Positions 18,105 through 27,472 of a DNA stretch of 64,000 nucleotides are shown here, piece by piece. How positions within the stretch are numbered: the stretch's first letter is position 1; every line of letters starts with the position of its first letter. The notes beneath the pieces are model-generated. The model was not told where the DNA came from, did no database searches, and saw nothing but the letters and a program-made list of their open reading frames with translations. A program made the position numbers and the translations under genes. Origin of the DNA: Planctomycetota bacterium (GTDB lineage: Bacteria; Planctomycetota; JAJSAM01; JAJVHW01); NCBI GenBank assembly GCA_965248445.1, contig CBDFJG010000003.1, positions 544,001-608,000 of the forward strand, read 5' to 3'.

Positions 18105-19460
18105 ATGCGTCGTTCGTTCCGTTCGCTCTCTCTGGCCACGCTGGCGTTCGCCGTGGCCTCGACCGCGGTGTCCCTCGGGGCGGGCGGCGACTTGCTGTGG
18201 GACGTCCAGCTGGACAACGCCGCCCAGGGCGATGACGACGACGCCGAGGCCATCGCCGTCAAGGGCAAGCGCGTGTTCGTGGCCGGGCAGGGAGGGTCCG
18301 CGGCGAGCGGTCTCGAGTGGATGGTGCGGGCCTACGACTCCCGCACCGGCCGGGAGCTCTGGAACGATGTCGACGGCCATGACGGCAATGACGACGACGC
18401 CGAGGCGATCGTGGTGAAGGGCAAGACCGTGTTCGCTGCCGGCTACTGGGGCTCGGACGAGGACGATCGCGACTGGTACGTGCGCGCGTACGACGCCCGG
18501 AGCGGGGAGATCCTGTGGAGCGACCGACTCGACGTCGACGGCTTGGGCGACGCCGCCGTGACGATGGCTGTCAAGGGCAAGCGCTTGTTCGTGGCGGGCT
18601 ACGCCGAGACCAGTGAAGACGCCAGGGACTGGATGGTCCGCGCCTACGACACACGGACGGGCGAAGCGCTCTGGACCGAGCAGTTCGATGGGGAGGGCTT
18701 CGACGACGACGTCAGCGACCGGCCGCTCGTGGTCCGAGGCACCGTCGTGATCGTGTCCGGCTTCGTCACGACGGACGCCGCGGGCGAGAACTGGCTGGTC
18801 CGCGCGTACGACACGAAAACCGGGGCGCTCGTCTGGGACGACGAGGTCGACGACGGCGGCACCGGCGGCGACAGGGCCAAGGGCGCGGCGGGCAAGGGCA
18901 GCCGCGTGTTCGTGGTGGGGGAACTCACCGCCGACGGTGACCGGGACGCCGTCATCCGCGCTTACAGGGCGAAGACGGGCGAGCTGCTCTGGGACGACCG
19001 CTTCGACATCGACGAGAACGGTGACGAATTCAACGTGGTGGCCGTCAAGGGGCGCCGCGTGTTCGCAGCGGGAGAGGGCGGGGGCAATGCTCAGGCGATG
19101 ATCTTCGCGTACGACGCGAAGAGCGGGGACGTCCTCTGGCAGGACGTCTTCGACGCGCGCCCCGGCGACGTCGACGACGATGTGGACGGGATCGCAGTCC
19201 TCGGCGGCACGGTCTTCATCACCGGCGAACCCGGAACCGAGGAGGAGGACTCCAACGACCTGATGGTGCGCGCCTACAAGGCCAAGACCGGCGACGTGCT
19301 CTGGGAGGACCTGTTCGACCTCGCCGGAGGCAGCGACTTCGTCGAAGACGGCTGGTCCATCGCCGCCGGCGGCGGCCGCGTGTTCGTAGCGATCCAGTCC
19401 GACAGCGGGCCCGACGGTGCGCATGCGGACTGGGTCATCCGCGCGTACGACGCCAAGTAG
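18105..19460 (+). CDS. Secreted acidic 8-bladed PQQ-like beta-propeller protein
   Basis: AAAGGAGGT SD, signal peptide, eight repeats of AVKGKRVFVAG...WxVRAYDxxTGxxLW. Confidence 0.85.
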   Translation: MRRSFRSLSLATLAFAVASTAVSLGAGGDLLWDVQLDNAAQGDDDDAEAIAVKGKRVFVAGQGGSAASGLEWMVRAYDSRTGRELWNDVDGHDGNDDDAEAIVVKGKTVFAAGYWGSDEDDRDWYVRAYDARSGEILWSDRLDVDGLGDAAVTMAVKGKRLFVAGYAETSEDARDWMVRAYDTRTGEALWTEQFDGEGFDDDVSDRPLVVRGTVVIVSGFVTTDAAGENWLVRAYDTKTGALVWDDEVDDGGTGGDRAKGAAGKGSRVFVVGELTADGDRDAVIRAYRAKTGELLWDDRFDIDENGDEFNVVAVKGRRVFAAGEGGGNAQAMIFAYDAKSGDVLWQDVFDARPGDVDDDVDGIAVLGGTVFITGEPGTEEEDSNDLMVRAYKAKTGDVLWEDLFDLAGGSDFVEDGWSIAAGGGRVFVAIQSDSGPDGAHADWVIRAYDAK

Positions 19461-19499
19461 TCCTGCTTCCAAGTGTCCCGCCTTCTATGCGACGCCGGC

Positions 19500-19951
19500 T
19501 CACGGTTCCCGGCGCGTGGCATCGACGAACACCTCGAACCTGTCGCAAGGCGCACCCGGACGGTCGAGGGGTCAGACCTCGGTAGCTGTAGCGTTGCCTT
19601 GCCAACGAACCCCCGCAGCACGGCGGACCGATAGCCCCGACGTGAGACGACTACGTCATAGCCCGCGTCGTGTGGCGAGTACTCATCCGGAGGTCGCGCT
19701 ACGCCATCGGCCTGCGTTATCACGTCCGGCAGCGCCAGGTAGTCCTCATGGTGCATGGGCCTGAACCACACGGCAGCCCCGGACAGCGGTCGTCTGTACA
19801 TGTCCTGGACGATCACCGTCGGCGCCGTGGGCTCGCCGCGCGAAGGCGCAGCGACGACCGTGGCGTCGTCGACCGGAAGCGTCCGACACGCAACGATGCC
19901 GATGGCGGCGCAGAGGAGCACTACACCTCGAAGCGATCGTCCAGGCAGCAT
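19500..19951 (-). pseudogene. Probable degenerate or truncated lipoprotein gene
   Basis: GGAGG SD, lipobox IVAC and one CnaB-like repeat. The frame then runs 187 bp into the opposite-strand propeller gene, while an alternative frame (DRFEVFVDATRREP*) ends at 19500, suggesting a frameshift. Confidence 0.4.
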
Positions 19952-20567
19952 GACCAGCCTCCCACGGGCAGCCCCGAGAACGTGGGACTCGGCTACCGTA
20001 ATCCACGCTCCCGCTGGCTGCGAAACGGCAGAGTCCTCCGTGCGGCCGTGGCGGCGAAGTCTGACACAGCAGTTCGAAACGCCGACAGGCGGGGCGAGAG
20101 GACATCTCGGATTCCGAACGCGGCGCTGCTGAGATCGAACGTCAGCACGTCCAGACCACTGTTCGCCGGGTCGAGCATTCCCTCGGCGTGCACACGCTCC
20201 TCGCGCAGCACGAGTATCGGGTGCTCGAGTTCGAATGCGATTGCGGCCTCGATCTGTGTCCAGTCAGTTGCGACGTAGCGGGCGTCGTGTCTCGCGGCAA
20301 GCGTACTCTCGACGTACTCGACACCTGAGTCGATCCGCGCTCGCGCCAACGCCAAGACGACGCTTCCGGAGCAACGACGCATGAGACGCCTGACCGGTAC
20401 GAGCGGCGCTTCGCGTGACCAGAACACCGGGGGCAGCGCCAGCGGCGTCAGCCCTCCGTGCCGCAGCGTGCGAACGACCTGATCCACGGCCGCTCCCCTC
20501 TGTGCCAACGTGGCTGAGACACCGACCCCACGGATGATTACTGTGCAGGGCGGTGGAGGAACCAGCG

Positions 20568-21071
20568 ATGACGAACAACCACAACACAGCGCCGGGGGAG
20601 ATCCCGGAGCCGAGGGAGGGCGAGCATAGCGAGCGCGATCGAGGCGGAGGGGGCTCCCCCGGGGCGCGCGGCCCGGGGGACGTTGGGGTGCGCGACCCCG
20701 AGGTCGTGCCGCGCGCCTCGCGGCGGCGCTTTGGCGCCGCGTACAAGCTACGGATCATCGAGGCGGCGGACGCGTGCACGAAGCCCGGCGAGATCGGCGC
20801 TCTCTTGCGCCGTGAGGGGCTGTACTCCTCGCACTTGTTGACGTGGCGGCGCGCGCGGGACCAGGGCCAGCTCGAGGCGCTCTCGCCCAAGCGGCGTGGT
20901 CCCAAGCCCGATCCGGACCGTGCGCTCAAGAAGCGCAACGAGCAGCTCGAGCGCGAAGTCGCCCGTCTCGAGAAGCGGCTCGAGACGGCCGAGGTGATCA
21001 TCGACGTGCAGCGAAAAGTCTCACGGCTGCTGGGCATCGAGATGCCCGAGACGAGCGGGAGCGACACGTGA
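20568..21071 (+). CDS. IS3-family transposase OrfA (HTH plus leucine zipper)
   Basis: RRRFGAAYKLRII...GEIGALLRREGLYSSHLLTWRR...LEREVARLEKRL. Confidence 0.9.
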   Translation: MTNNHNTAPGEIPEPREGEHSERDRGGGGSPGARGPGDVGVRDPEVVPRASRRRFGAAYKLRIIEAADACTKPGEIGALLRREGLYSSHLLTWRRARDQGQLEALSPKRRGPKPDPDRALKKRNEQLEREVARLEKRLETAEVIIDVQRKVSRLLGIEMPETSGSDT

Positions 21072-22096
21072 TTGCGGCGGAGGAGCTGGGGGGACGCGTG
21101 GGCGTCGCCCCCGCGTGCCGCGCGCTCGGAGTCACGCGCGCCACGCTCTATCGGCGCCGAACGGCACGCACGTGCCCCCGGCCCCAGCAGCCGCGCCGGC
21201 GCTCGCCGCGCGCCCTCACGATCGACGAGCGTCTTACCGTACTCGCGGTGCTGAGCGAGGAGCGCTTCTGCGATCTGTCACCGCTTGCGGCGTGGGCGAT
21301 CCTGCTCGACGAGGGACGCTACCTGTGCTCGGTGCGCACGATGTACCGCATCCTCGGTGCGGCTGGTGCTGTGCGTGAGCGCCGCAACCAGCTGCGTCAT
21401 CCCGCGTACAAGAAGCCCGAGCTCCTCGCGACCTCCCCGAACCAGGTCTGGAGCTGGGACATCACCAAGCTCCGCGGCCCGGTGAAGTGGAGCTACTTCT
21501 ATCTCTACGTCGTGCTCGACATCTACTCCCGCAACGTCGTGGGCTGGATGCTGGCGGACTGCGAGAGCGGTGCGCTGGCGACGGCACTCATCGAGCAGTC
21601 CTGCGAGAAGCAGGGGATCGCGGCGGAGCAGCTCACGATCCACTCCGATCGGGGGCCGCCGATGATCAGCAAGCCGGTGGCCTTTCTGCTCGCCGATCTC
21701 GGCGTGACGAAGTCGCACAGCCGGCCGTACACGTCGAATGACAATCCGTTTTCCGAGAGCCAATTCCGCACGCTGAAGTACCGGCCGGACTTCCCAGCGC
21801 GCTTCGGCTGCATCGAGGACGCGCGGGCGCACTGCCGCGCCTTTTTCCACTGGTACAACCGCGAGCATCGTCACTCGAGTCTCGGGCTGCTGACGCCCGA
21901 GACCGTGCACTACGGCCGCGCCGAAGCGGCCGTCGCCGCGCGCTCGGTCGTGCTCGATGCCGCGTACGCGGCGCATCCCGAGCGCTTCGTGCGCCGTGCG
22001 CCGACGCCGCCGGCTCTGCCGACCGAGACGTGGATCAACCCGCCGGCCCGGGAACTCGCGGCGCTGGAGACTGCGACACAGGAGGCTGCTCACTAA
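21068..22096 (+). CDS. IS3-family transposase OrfB (DDE integrase core)
   Basis: PNQVWSWDITKL, TIHSDRG and NDNPFSESQFRTLK; GTGA overlap with the orfA stop. Confidence 0.93.
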   Translation: MIAAEELGGRVGVAPACRALGVTRATLYRRRTARTCPRPQQPRRRSPRALTIDERLTVLAVLSEERFCDLSPLAAWAILLDEGRYLCSVRTMYRILGAAGAVRERRNQLRHPAYKKPELLATSPNQVWSWDITKLRGPVKWSYFYLYVVLDIYSRNVVGWMLADCESGALATALIEQSCEKQGIAAEQLTIHSDRGPPMISKPVAFLLADLGVTKSHSRPYTSNDNPFSESQFRTLKYRPDFPARFGCIEDARAHCRAFFHWYNREHRHSSLGLLTPETVHYGRAEAAVAARSVVLDAAYAAHPERFVRRAPTPPALPTETWINPPARELAALETATQEAAH

Positions 22097-22391
22097 ACTC
22101 GAAGACGCGGTGTCTCAAAGTCGTTGACACGTCCCGCTCTCTGGCGGCCGTTGATCGGCCGCGTGGTACTCAGGAAGACAGGGAGCGGTTCGGCGCGCGT
22201 CATCGTCACTCATTGCGCGCCGAGCACGGCGGAGTCCCCGGCAGCGCTCGTCGCGGCCGGATGATAGCGCACACTGGATGCGTCCACGGGAAGGCGAATC
22301 ACGAGTCTACTCGCGCGCGCGGTGTCGTCGTAGACTGCGACGGTCGTCGAACGGTGGTGGGTTCATCGCTTGGGAAGGGAACCGGAGCGGC

Positions 22392-24869
22392 ATGATTCAA
22401 GGCGGAGCCGGACTCAAGGAAGCACTCGCGACGGCGCGGGACATCTTGAACGGCGACGTGAGGTGGGATCTCGACTATCCCGACACCGTGCTCGGTGTCG
22501 TGAGGGTACTGAAGAAGGGTCAGCGTTGGGGACGCGCTCGTAGCGTGCTCGATCGAGCGGTGGACGAGGCGCTCGGTGTGTCGGCAAAGAGGGCGCAGCT
22601 GGCCGTCCCGCTCGTGCAGCAGCTCGCTCTCACGTTCTCGAAGGACGTGAGCCTCCCGCATCGTCGCCACGAGCAGGCACTCGAGATCCTCGAGGGCAAA
22701 GGGGACCTCGGCGACACGACGAACAGCGAGACGCTTGGCATCGCCGGCGGCATCCACAAGCGGATGTGGGTCGTGAGCGGCGAGATGCGGCATCTGACGA
22801 GCGCGCTCTCCTACTACGAGCGCGGGATGCACGCCGGCGGGGCCGCAGATCTTGGCTACAACGCCATCAATGCCGCGTTTCTCAACGACGAGCTCGCGCG
22901 ACAGGACCAATCGGAAGCGGCCAAGAACCGGCGGTACGAGGCCCGCGCCATCCGCAACAAACTCGTGACCGTCGACCTGCCGCAGTTCAAGCAGGAGAAA
23001 GGCTCAGACTGGTGGTACCTGGTGACGCTCGTCGAGGCGCATCTTGGGCTGGGCCAGCATGCCGAAGCGAGCACCTGGCTGCAACGGGCCAACCAGCATC
23101 GCGACGGCGACTGGATGGTGCAGGCGACCGTCACTCAACTCGCCGAGCTCGCTCAGCTACAGAGCGACGATGATCGTGAGGGCAGCCTTCAAGTCCTCCG
23201 AGAGGCGTTCCCTGGTGCGGAGCTCGATGATCTTGGGCGTCCCTTCGGGATTGCATTGTCGGGTGGTGGCTTTCGCGCGTCGCTGTTCCACATCGGGGTA
23301 CTGGCCTGTCTCGCAGACGCCGAACTGCTGCGGCGCGTCGAGGCGATCTCATGCGTCTCCGGCGGATCGATCATCGGTGCGCAGTACTACCTGGAGCTGA
23401 AGCACGAACTCGAGACGAAGGGTGAGTTGGACCCGGATGACTACAGGGGCGTCGTGCGGCGGCTCGAGGAGAAGTTCGTCAGAGGCGTGCAGCGGAACGT
23501 GCGCACACGACTGCTGACGAACCTCGGGGAGTCGATCCGCGTGCTGTGTTCCCGGAGAACGCGCACCCGCGACCTCGGCGACCTCCTGGAGAAAGAGCTG
23601 TTCAGCCACGTCGAGGGCGCGACGCCGGAACAACTCGAGATGTCCAATCTGGCGATCCAGCCCGCCAACGAGGCGGCGGGTTTCCACCCCGCGAACCGCA
23701 ACTGGCAGCGGCGCTCCAAGGTGCCGGCGCTCATCCTGAACGCAACGAGCTTGAACACCGGCCATCTGTGGCAGTTCCACGCCACATGGATGGGCGAGCC
23801 GCCAGGGACGATCGAGCCTGAGGTGGATCGACGTGAGCGCCTGCGGCGGCTGGCATATGACGAAGCGCCGCCGCAGCTTCAGCACATCCGGCTGGGGCAA
23901 GCGGTCGCCGCGTCGGCATGCGTGCCCGGGTTGTTCGAGCCGTTCGATCTCGACGGGCTCTATCCGAGTCGCAGAGTGCGGCTCGTGGACGGCGGCGTGT
24001 TCGACAACCAGGGCATCGAGGGACTGCGCCTCGCGGAGTGCCGCGAGATACTCGTCAGCGACGCGGGCGGCTCGCTCATCGCGATGGCGAAGCCGCCGGA
24101 TGGGGTGGTGGACGCGCCGCTACGCGTGACCGCCATCCAGATGATGGTTGTCCGCGACCGCCGCCACAATCGCCTTCACGGTCTGAAGACGGCTGGGGCA
24201 TTGCGGGAATTCACGTGGGTGGATCTCGTTCCTGACGAACAGCAAGTAGAGACCGTGAGGTGGAACACCTGTACGCGTCCGCGCGAGACGGACAGGATCG
24301 AGCCGCGTAAACCCACGGACGTTCCAGAGCACATCGCGGGACTGCGCACCGATCTGGACTCGTTCTCCGACGTCGAGGCGTACGCGCTCATGGCAAAGGG
24401 GTACGAGGAGACCCGGCGCGGGCTGCTCAAATCGAAGCGGCGCGTCCAGCGGGGCAAATGGAAGTTCCTGGAGATCGAACCGATCCTGCAGGAGGAGCAG
24501 TCCGCACACCCCCGCGCACATGCGGAGCTGCTGCGCCTGCTGCGCGCCGGCAGCGCACCCGTGTTCAAGGTCTGGTGGATCTGCCGCCCCCTGACGGTCG
24601 CGCTGGTCGTGGTCACGCTCGCCGGCCTCTACTGGGTCGGCATCACCGTCGGTGTGCCGGACGCGCGTGCACTCGTGATCATCGGCGCGACCGTCCTCGC
24701 GCTCGCCGCTTTGTCGCTCGTCATGCGTCTTCTCGGCTTGACCAGGTTCCTCGTCAACGTCGGCGCCGTTCTCGCGTGGCTGCCGATGACGATACACCTG
24801 CACTTTTTCGACTGGCTGTTCCTGCGGTACGGCCGACTGAGCCGACTCCTGCGTATCCGCGAGAAGTAG
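22392..24869 (+). CDS. TPR-S/DUF4071-like sensor repeats fused to a patatin/cPLA2-like phospholipase with C-terminal TM helices
   Basis: N-terminal SETLGIAGGIHKRMW, GYNAINAAFL and DWWYLVTLVEAHLGLG; patatin ALSGGGFR, SCVSGGS (catalytic Ser) and LVDGGVFDNQG (catalytic Asp); 2-3 hydrophobic helices at the C-terminus. Confidence 0.85.
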   Translation: MIQGGAGLKEALATARDILNGDVRWDLDYPDTVLGVVRVLKKGQRWGRARSVLDRAVDEALGVSAKRAQLAVPLVQQLALTFSKDVSLPHRRHEQALEILEGKGDLGDTTNSETLGIAGGIHKRMWVVSGEMRHLTSALSYYERGMHAGGAADLGYNAINAAFLNDELARQDQSEAAKNRRYEARAIRNKLVTVDLPQFKQEKGSDWWYLVTLVEAHLGLGQHAEASTWLQRANQHRDGDWMVQATVTQLAELAQLQSDDDREGSLQVLREAFPGAELDDLGRPFGIALSGGGFRASLFHIGVLACLADAELLRRVEAISCVSGGSIIGAQYYLELKHELETKGELDPDDYRGVVRRLEEKFVRGVQRNVRTRLLTNLGESIRVLCSRRTRTRDLGDLLEKELFSHVEGATPEQLEMSNLAIQPANEAAGFHPANRNWQRRSKVPALILNATSLNTGHLWQFHATWMGEPPGTIEPEVDRRERLRRLAYDEAPPQLQHIRLGQAVAASACVPGLFEPFDLDGLYPSRRVRLVDGGVFDNQGIEGLRLAECREILVSDAGGSLIAMAKPPDGVVDAPLRVTAIQMMVVRDRRHNRLHGLKTAGALREFTWVDLVPDEQQVETVRWNTCTRPRETDRIEPRKPTDVPEHIAGLRTDLDSFSDVEAYALMAKGYEETRRGLLKSKRRVQRGKWKFLEIEPILQEEQSAHPRAHAELLRLLRAGSAPVFKVWWICRPLTVALVVVTLAGLYWVGITVGVPDARALVIIGATVLALAALSLVMRLLGLTRFLVNVGAVLAWLPMTIHLHFFDWLFLRYGRLSRLLRIREK

Positions 24870-24950
24870 ATCGCGCGCGCTTCCAGCCTCGACCTGCGAC
24901 CTACGGTTTAGGAAACCGTTGCTCGGTGGGACCCGGCGGCGCGGGATCGG

Positions 24951-26342
24951 TCAGTACTTCTCGAGCAGGCCGTACTTGCGCATCTTGTTGAAGAGCGTCG
25001 TGCGGTTGATGTCGAGCGAGCGTGCGGTCTGCTGCCGGTTGCCGCCGTTACTCCGAAGGGCGTGCTCGATGATGCGGCGCTCGGGGTCTTCGAGGGCGCG
25101 CTTGAGCGGGACGACCTCGCCTGCCTCGAGAGGAGCGGGGGCGTCTGCCGCTTCGTCGCAGAGAGCGGGGGGGAGGTCCGCGGGGAGGATGCGGTCGTTG
25201 CGGGTGAGGACCACGGCGCGCTCGATACAGTTCTCGAGCTCGCGGACGTTGCCCGGCCACGAGTAGCGCGTGAGCAGGTCGAGCGCCGTGTCATCGACAC
25301 CCTCGATCTTCTTGCCGTTCTCCTTGGCGTAGTCGCGCAGGAAGTGCTCGGCGAGGAGAGGGATGTCGCTGACACGCTCGCGCAGCGGCGGCATGTTCAT
25401 ACTGACGACGTTGATGCGGTAGTAGAGGTCGCGGCGGAAGTTGCCGAGTTCGACCTCCTTGGCGAGGTCCAGGTTCGTGGCGAGCACGACGCGCACGTCC
25501 ACGCGGATCGTCTCGTTCGCGCCGACCGGCTCGAACTCCTTGTCCTGCAGGATGCGCAGCAGCTTCATCTGCAGGAGAGGGGATGCGTTGTTGATCTCGT
25601 CGAGGAAGATCGTTCCCCGGTGCGCGGCGGCGAACTTGCCGACCTTGTCGGCGTGCGCGCCGGTGAACGAGCCGCGCTTGTGCCCGAACAGTTCGCTCTC
25701 GAGGAGCGTCTCGGGCAGCGCGCCGCAGTTGACCTCGACGAACGGCTGATGCTGGCGAGGTGAGTTCTGGTGCAGGGCGCGAGCGATGAGCGTCTTGCCC
25801 GTGCCGGACTCACCGGAGACGAGGACCGTGGCGCGCGTGCCCGCGACGCTCTCGATCGTGTCGTACATCTTCTGCATGCGGTGGTCGCGGCCGATGATGC
25901 CGTCGTACCCGTAGCGGATGTCGAGGCGTCGCTTGAGGTCGTCGTTCTCCTCGCGCAGGTCCTGTTCGTTGACCGCGCGACGGATGACCATCTTCATCTC
26001 GTCGTCGATGATCGGCTTCGAGACGTAGTCGTACGCGCCGGCCTTCATCGCCTCGACTGCCTGCTCGACCGTGCCGTATCCGGTGATCAGGATGACGGGC
26101 AATCCGGGGCGGCGTGCGCGGATCTCGCGCAGGAGCTGCATGCCGTCGACCTCGGGCATGTTGAAGTCCGTGATCACGAGGTCCGGCTCGCTCTCGCCGA
26201 GCGCACGCAGGGCGTCTCCGCCGCTGCTTGCCTCGTCGACGTCATACCCCTCGAGGCGCAGGACCTCGGAGAGCGACTGACGGATCAGCGCGTCGTCGTC
26301 GACGACGAGGAGCTTCTTCTGGGGAGGCTTCTTCGCTGACAT
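24951..26342 (-). CDS. Sigma-54-dependent response regulator (NtrC/AtoC family: REC-AAA+-HTH_8)
   Basis: LLVVDDD...ITDFNMP...KP; GESGTGKT; ESELFGHKRGSFTGA; FLDEI; WPGNVRELEN; C-terminal Fis-type HTH. Confidence 0.95.
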   Translation of the reverse strand: MSAKKPPQKKLLVVDDDALIRQSLSEVLRLEGYDVDEASSGGDALRALGESEPDLVITDFNMPEVDGMQLLREIRARRPGLPVILITGYGTVEQAVEAMKAGAYDYVSKPIIDDEMKMVIRRAVNEQDLREENDDLKRRLDIRYGYDGIIGRDHRMQKMYDTIESVAGTRATVLVSGESGTGKTLIARALHQNSPRQHQPFVEVNCGALPETLLESELFGHKRGSFTGAHADKVGKFAAAHRGTIFLDEINNASPLLQMKLLRILQDKEFEPVGANETIRVDVRVVLATNLDLAKEVELGNFRRDLYYRINVVSMNMPPLRERVSDIPLLAEHFLRDYAKENGKKIEGVDDTALDLLTRYSWPGNVRELENCIERAVVLTRNDRILPADLPPALCDEAADAPAPLEAGEVVPLKRALEDPERRIIEHALRSNGGNRQQTARSLDINRTTLFNKMRKYGLLEKY

Positions 26343-26344
26343 GG

Positions 26345-27472
26345 TCACTCCGTCTTACCGGACGTCGCCGGACGGGCGACGTGGTGGCTTTCGATTCGCT
26401 GAGGGGTAGGCGCGGCGCGTCGCAGGGGGAGCTCGACCGTGACGGTCGTCCCGGCGCCATCCGCGCTCTCGAGCACGAGCGAGCCGCCCAGGCGCTCGAC
26501 GATGCGCACGCAGATGCTCAGCCCGAGCCCGGTGCCCTGACCGACGTCCTTGGTGGTGAAGAACGGTTCGAAGACGCGGTCCTGGATGTCCTCGGCGATG
26601 CCCGGGCCGTCGTCGGCCACGTGCACGCGGACGCGGCCGTCCACGATTTCCGCCGAAACCGTCAGGGTCCCGCCGTCCTGCATGGCGTCGACAGCGTTCT
26701 TCCCGAGGTTCCCGAATACCTGGAACATCGCGCGCGGCACGGCGATGCCGCCGGGCGGAAACTCGTATCGCGTCTCGACTCCGCAGCCCGAAGCGAGTTC
26801 GATAATCTGCTCAATGGCGTCGCGCGCCATGCGCTCGCCGTCTTCGTCCGCCACCTCAACCTGCGCGTTCCGGGAGAACTGCAGGAGGTCGCGGACGATG
26901 TCGGCCATGCGGCGCAACCCGCGCTGCGCCTCACGCAGGTACGTGACCTGCTTGGCGTTCTCGGGCAGCGACGACTGGGCGAGCCCCAGGTAGCGCAGCA
27001 CACCGTCGAGCGGGTTGTTCAGCTCGTGGGCCACGCCGGCGGCGAGCTTGCCGATCATCGCGAGGCGCTCGTGCACATCGAGGCTGCGCTGGAGGTCCGC
27101 GTTCTGACGCGCGAGGGCGCGATGCCGCAGGGCCTGGCGGACCTGGATCTCGACCTGCGAGGTGTCACCGTGCCCGACGACCGAGTACGCGCCGCGGCGC
27201 ACGAGCTCGACCGCGGCGGTCACGTTGGCGTCGCGGACCGAGACGATGCACGGGACGTCGCGGCGGGAGGACTCGATGAGTTCGGGGGCGATCCCGTCGA
27301 ACGCCGACTGCTCGGTGACGACCGCGTGTGTGTCCTGGTCGGGGCGGCGCAGCACCGCGTCCAGACGATCCAGCACGAGTGGCCGGAATCCGGCCTCCGA
27401 GAGGGCTGCGACCAGCTCCTCGCGGATCTCGGCATCGCCGGAAACGACGGCGATCGTGGGACTGTCGGACAC
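26345..27472 (-). CDS. Cytoplasmic sensor histidine kinase (NtrB-like) with a degenerate N-terminal receiver
   Basis: AAGVAHELNNPL, NLGKNAVDA, DDGPGI and FEPFFTTKDVGQGTGLGL; GTG start after GGAGG. Confidence 0.9.
   Translation of the reverse strand: MSDSPTIAVVSGDAEIREELVAALSEAGFRPLVLDRLDAVLRRPDQDTHAVVTEQSAFDGIAPELIESSRRDVPCIVSVRDANVTAAVELVRRGAYSVVGHGDTSQVEIQVRQALRHRALARQNADLQRSLDVHERLAMIGKLAAGVAHELNNPLDGVLRYLGLAQSSLPENAKQVTYLREAQRGLRRMADIVRDLLQFSRNAQVEVADEDGERMARDAIEQIIELASGCGVETRYEFPPGGIAVPRAMFQVFGNLGKNAVDAMQDGGTLTVSAEIVDGRVRVHVADDGPGIAEDIQDRVFEPFFTTKDVGQGTGLGLSICVRIVERLGGSLVLESADGAGTTVTVELPLRRAAPTPQRIESHHVARPATSGKTE

Larger units (their letters stand above)
20496..22136 (+). mobile_element. 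IS3-family insertion sequence (about 1.64 kb)
   Basis: orfA/orfB transposase; imperfect 23-bp IRs at 20501-20523 and 22109-22131; flanking direct repeat CCGCTC at 20490-20495 and 22134-22139 (TSD of 3-6 bp, so the ends are uncertain by up to 3 bp). Confidence 0.92.
19993..22203 (-). pseudogene. TIR-like (nucleoside-deoxyribosyltransferase-fold) domain gene interrupted by an IS3-family element
   Basis: The 5' part (22203-22140, MTRAEPLPVFLSTTRPINGRQ) joins in frame to the 3' part (20495-19993) once 20496-22139 is removed, giving 188 aa with VFLS, PLxxVRRLMRRCSGSVVLA and TDWTQIEAAIAFELEHPILVLREERVHAEG. Confidence 0.75.

Noticed and set aside
14520..19460. Prophage or integrative island
   Set aside because: No integrase, phage structural genes or att pair; the genes are typical secreted repeat proteins.
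22392..24869. CBASS CapV or Thoeris assignment
   Set aside because: No CD-NTase, Cap2/3, SIR2, SLOG or Macro gene nearby, and the domain architecture differs from CapV.
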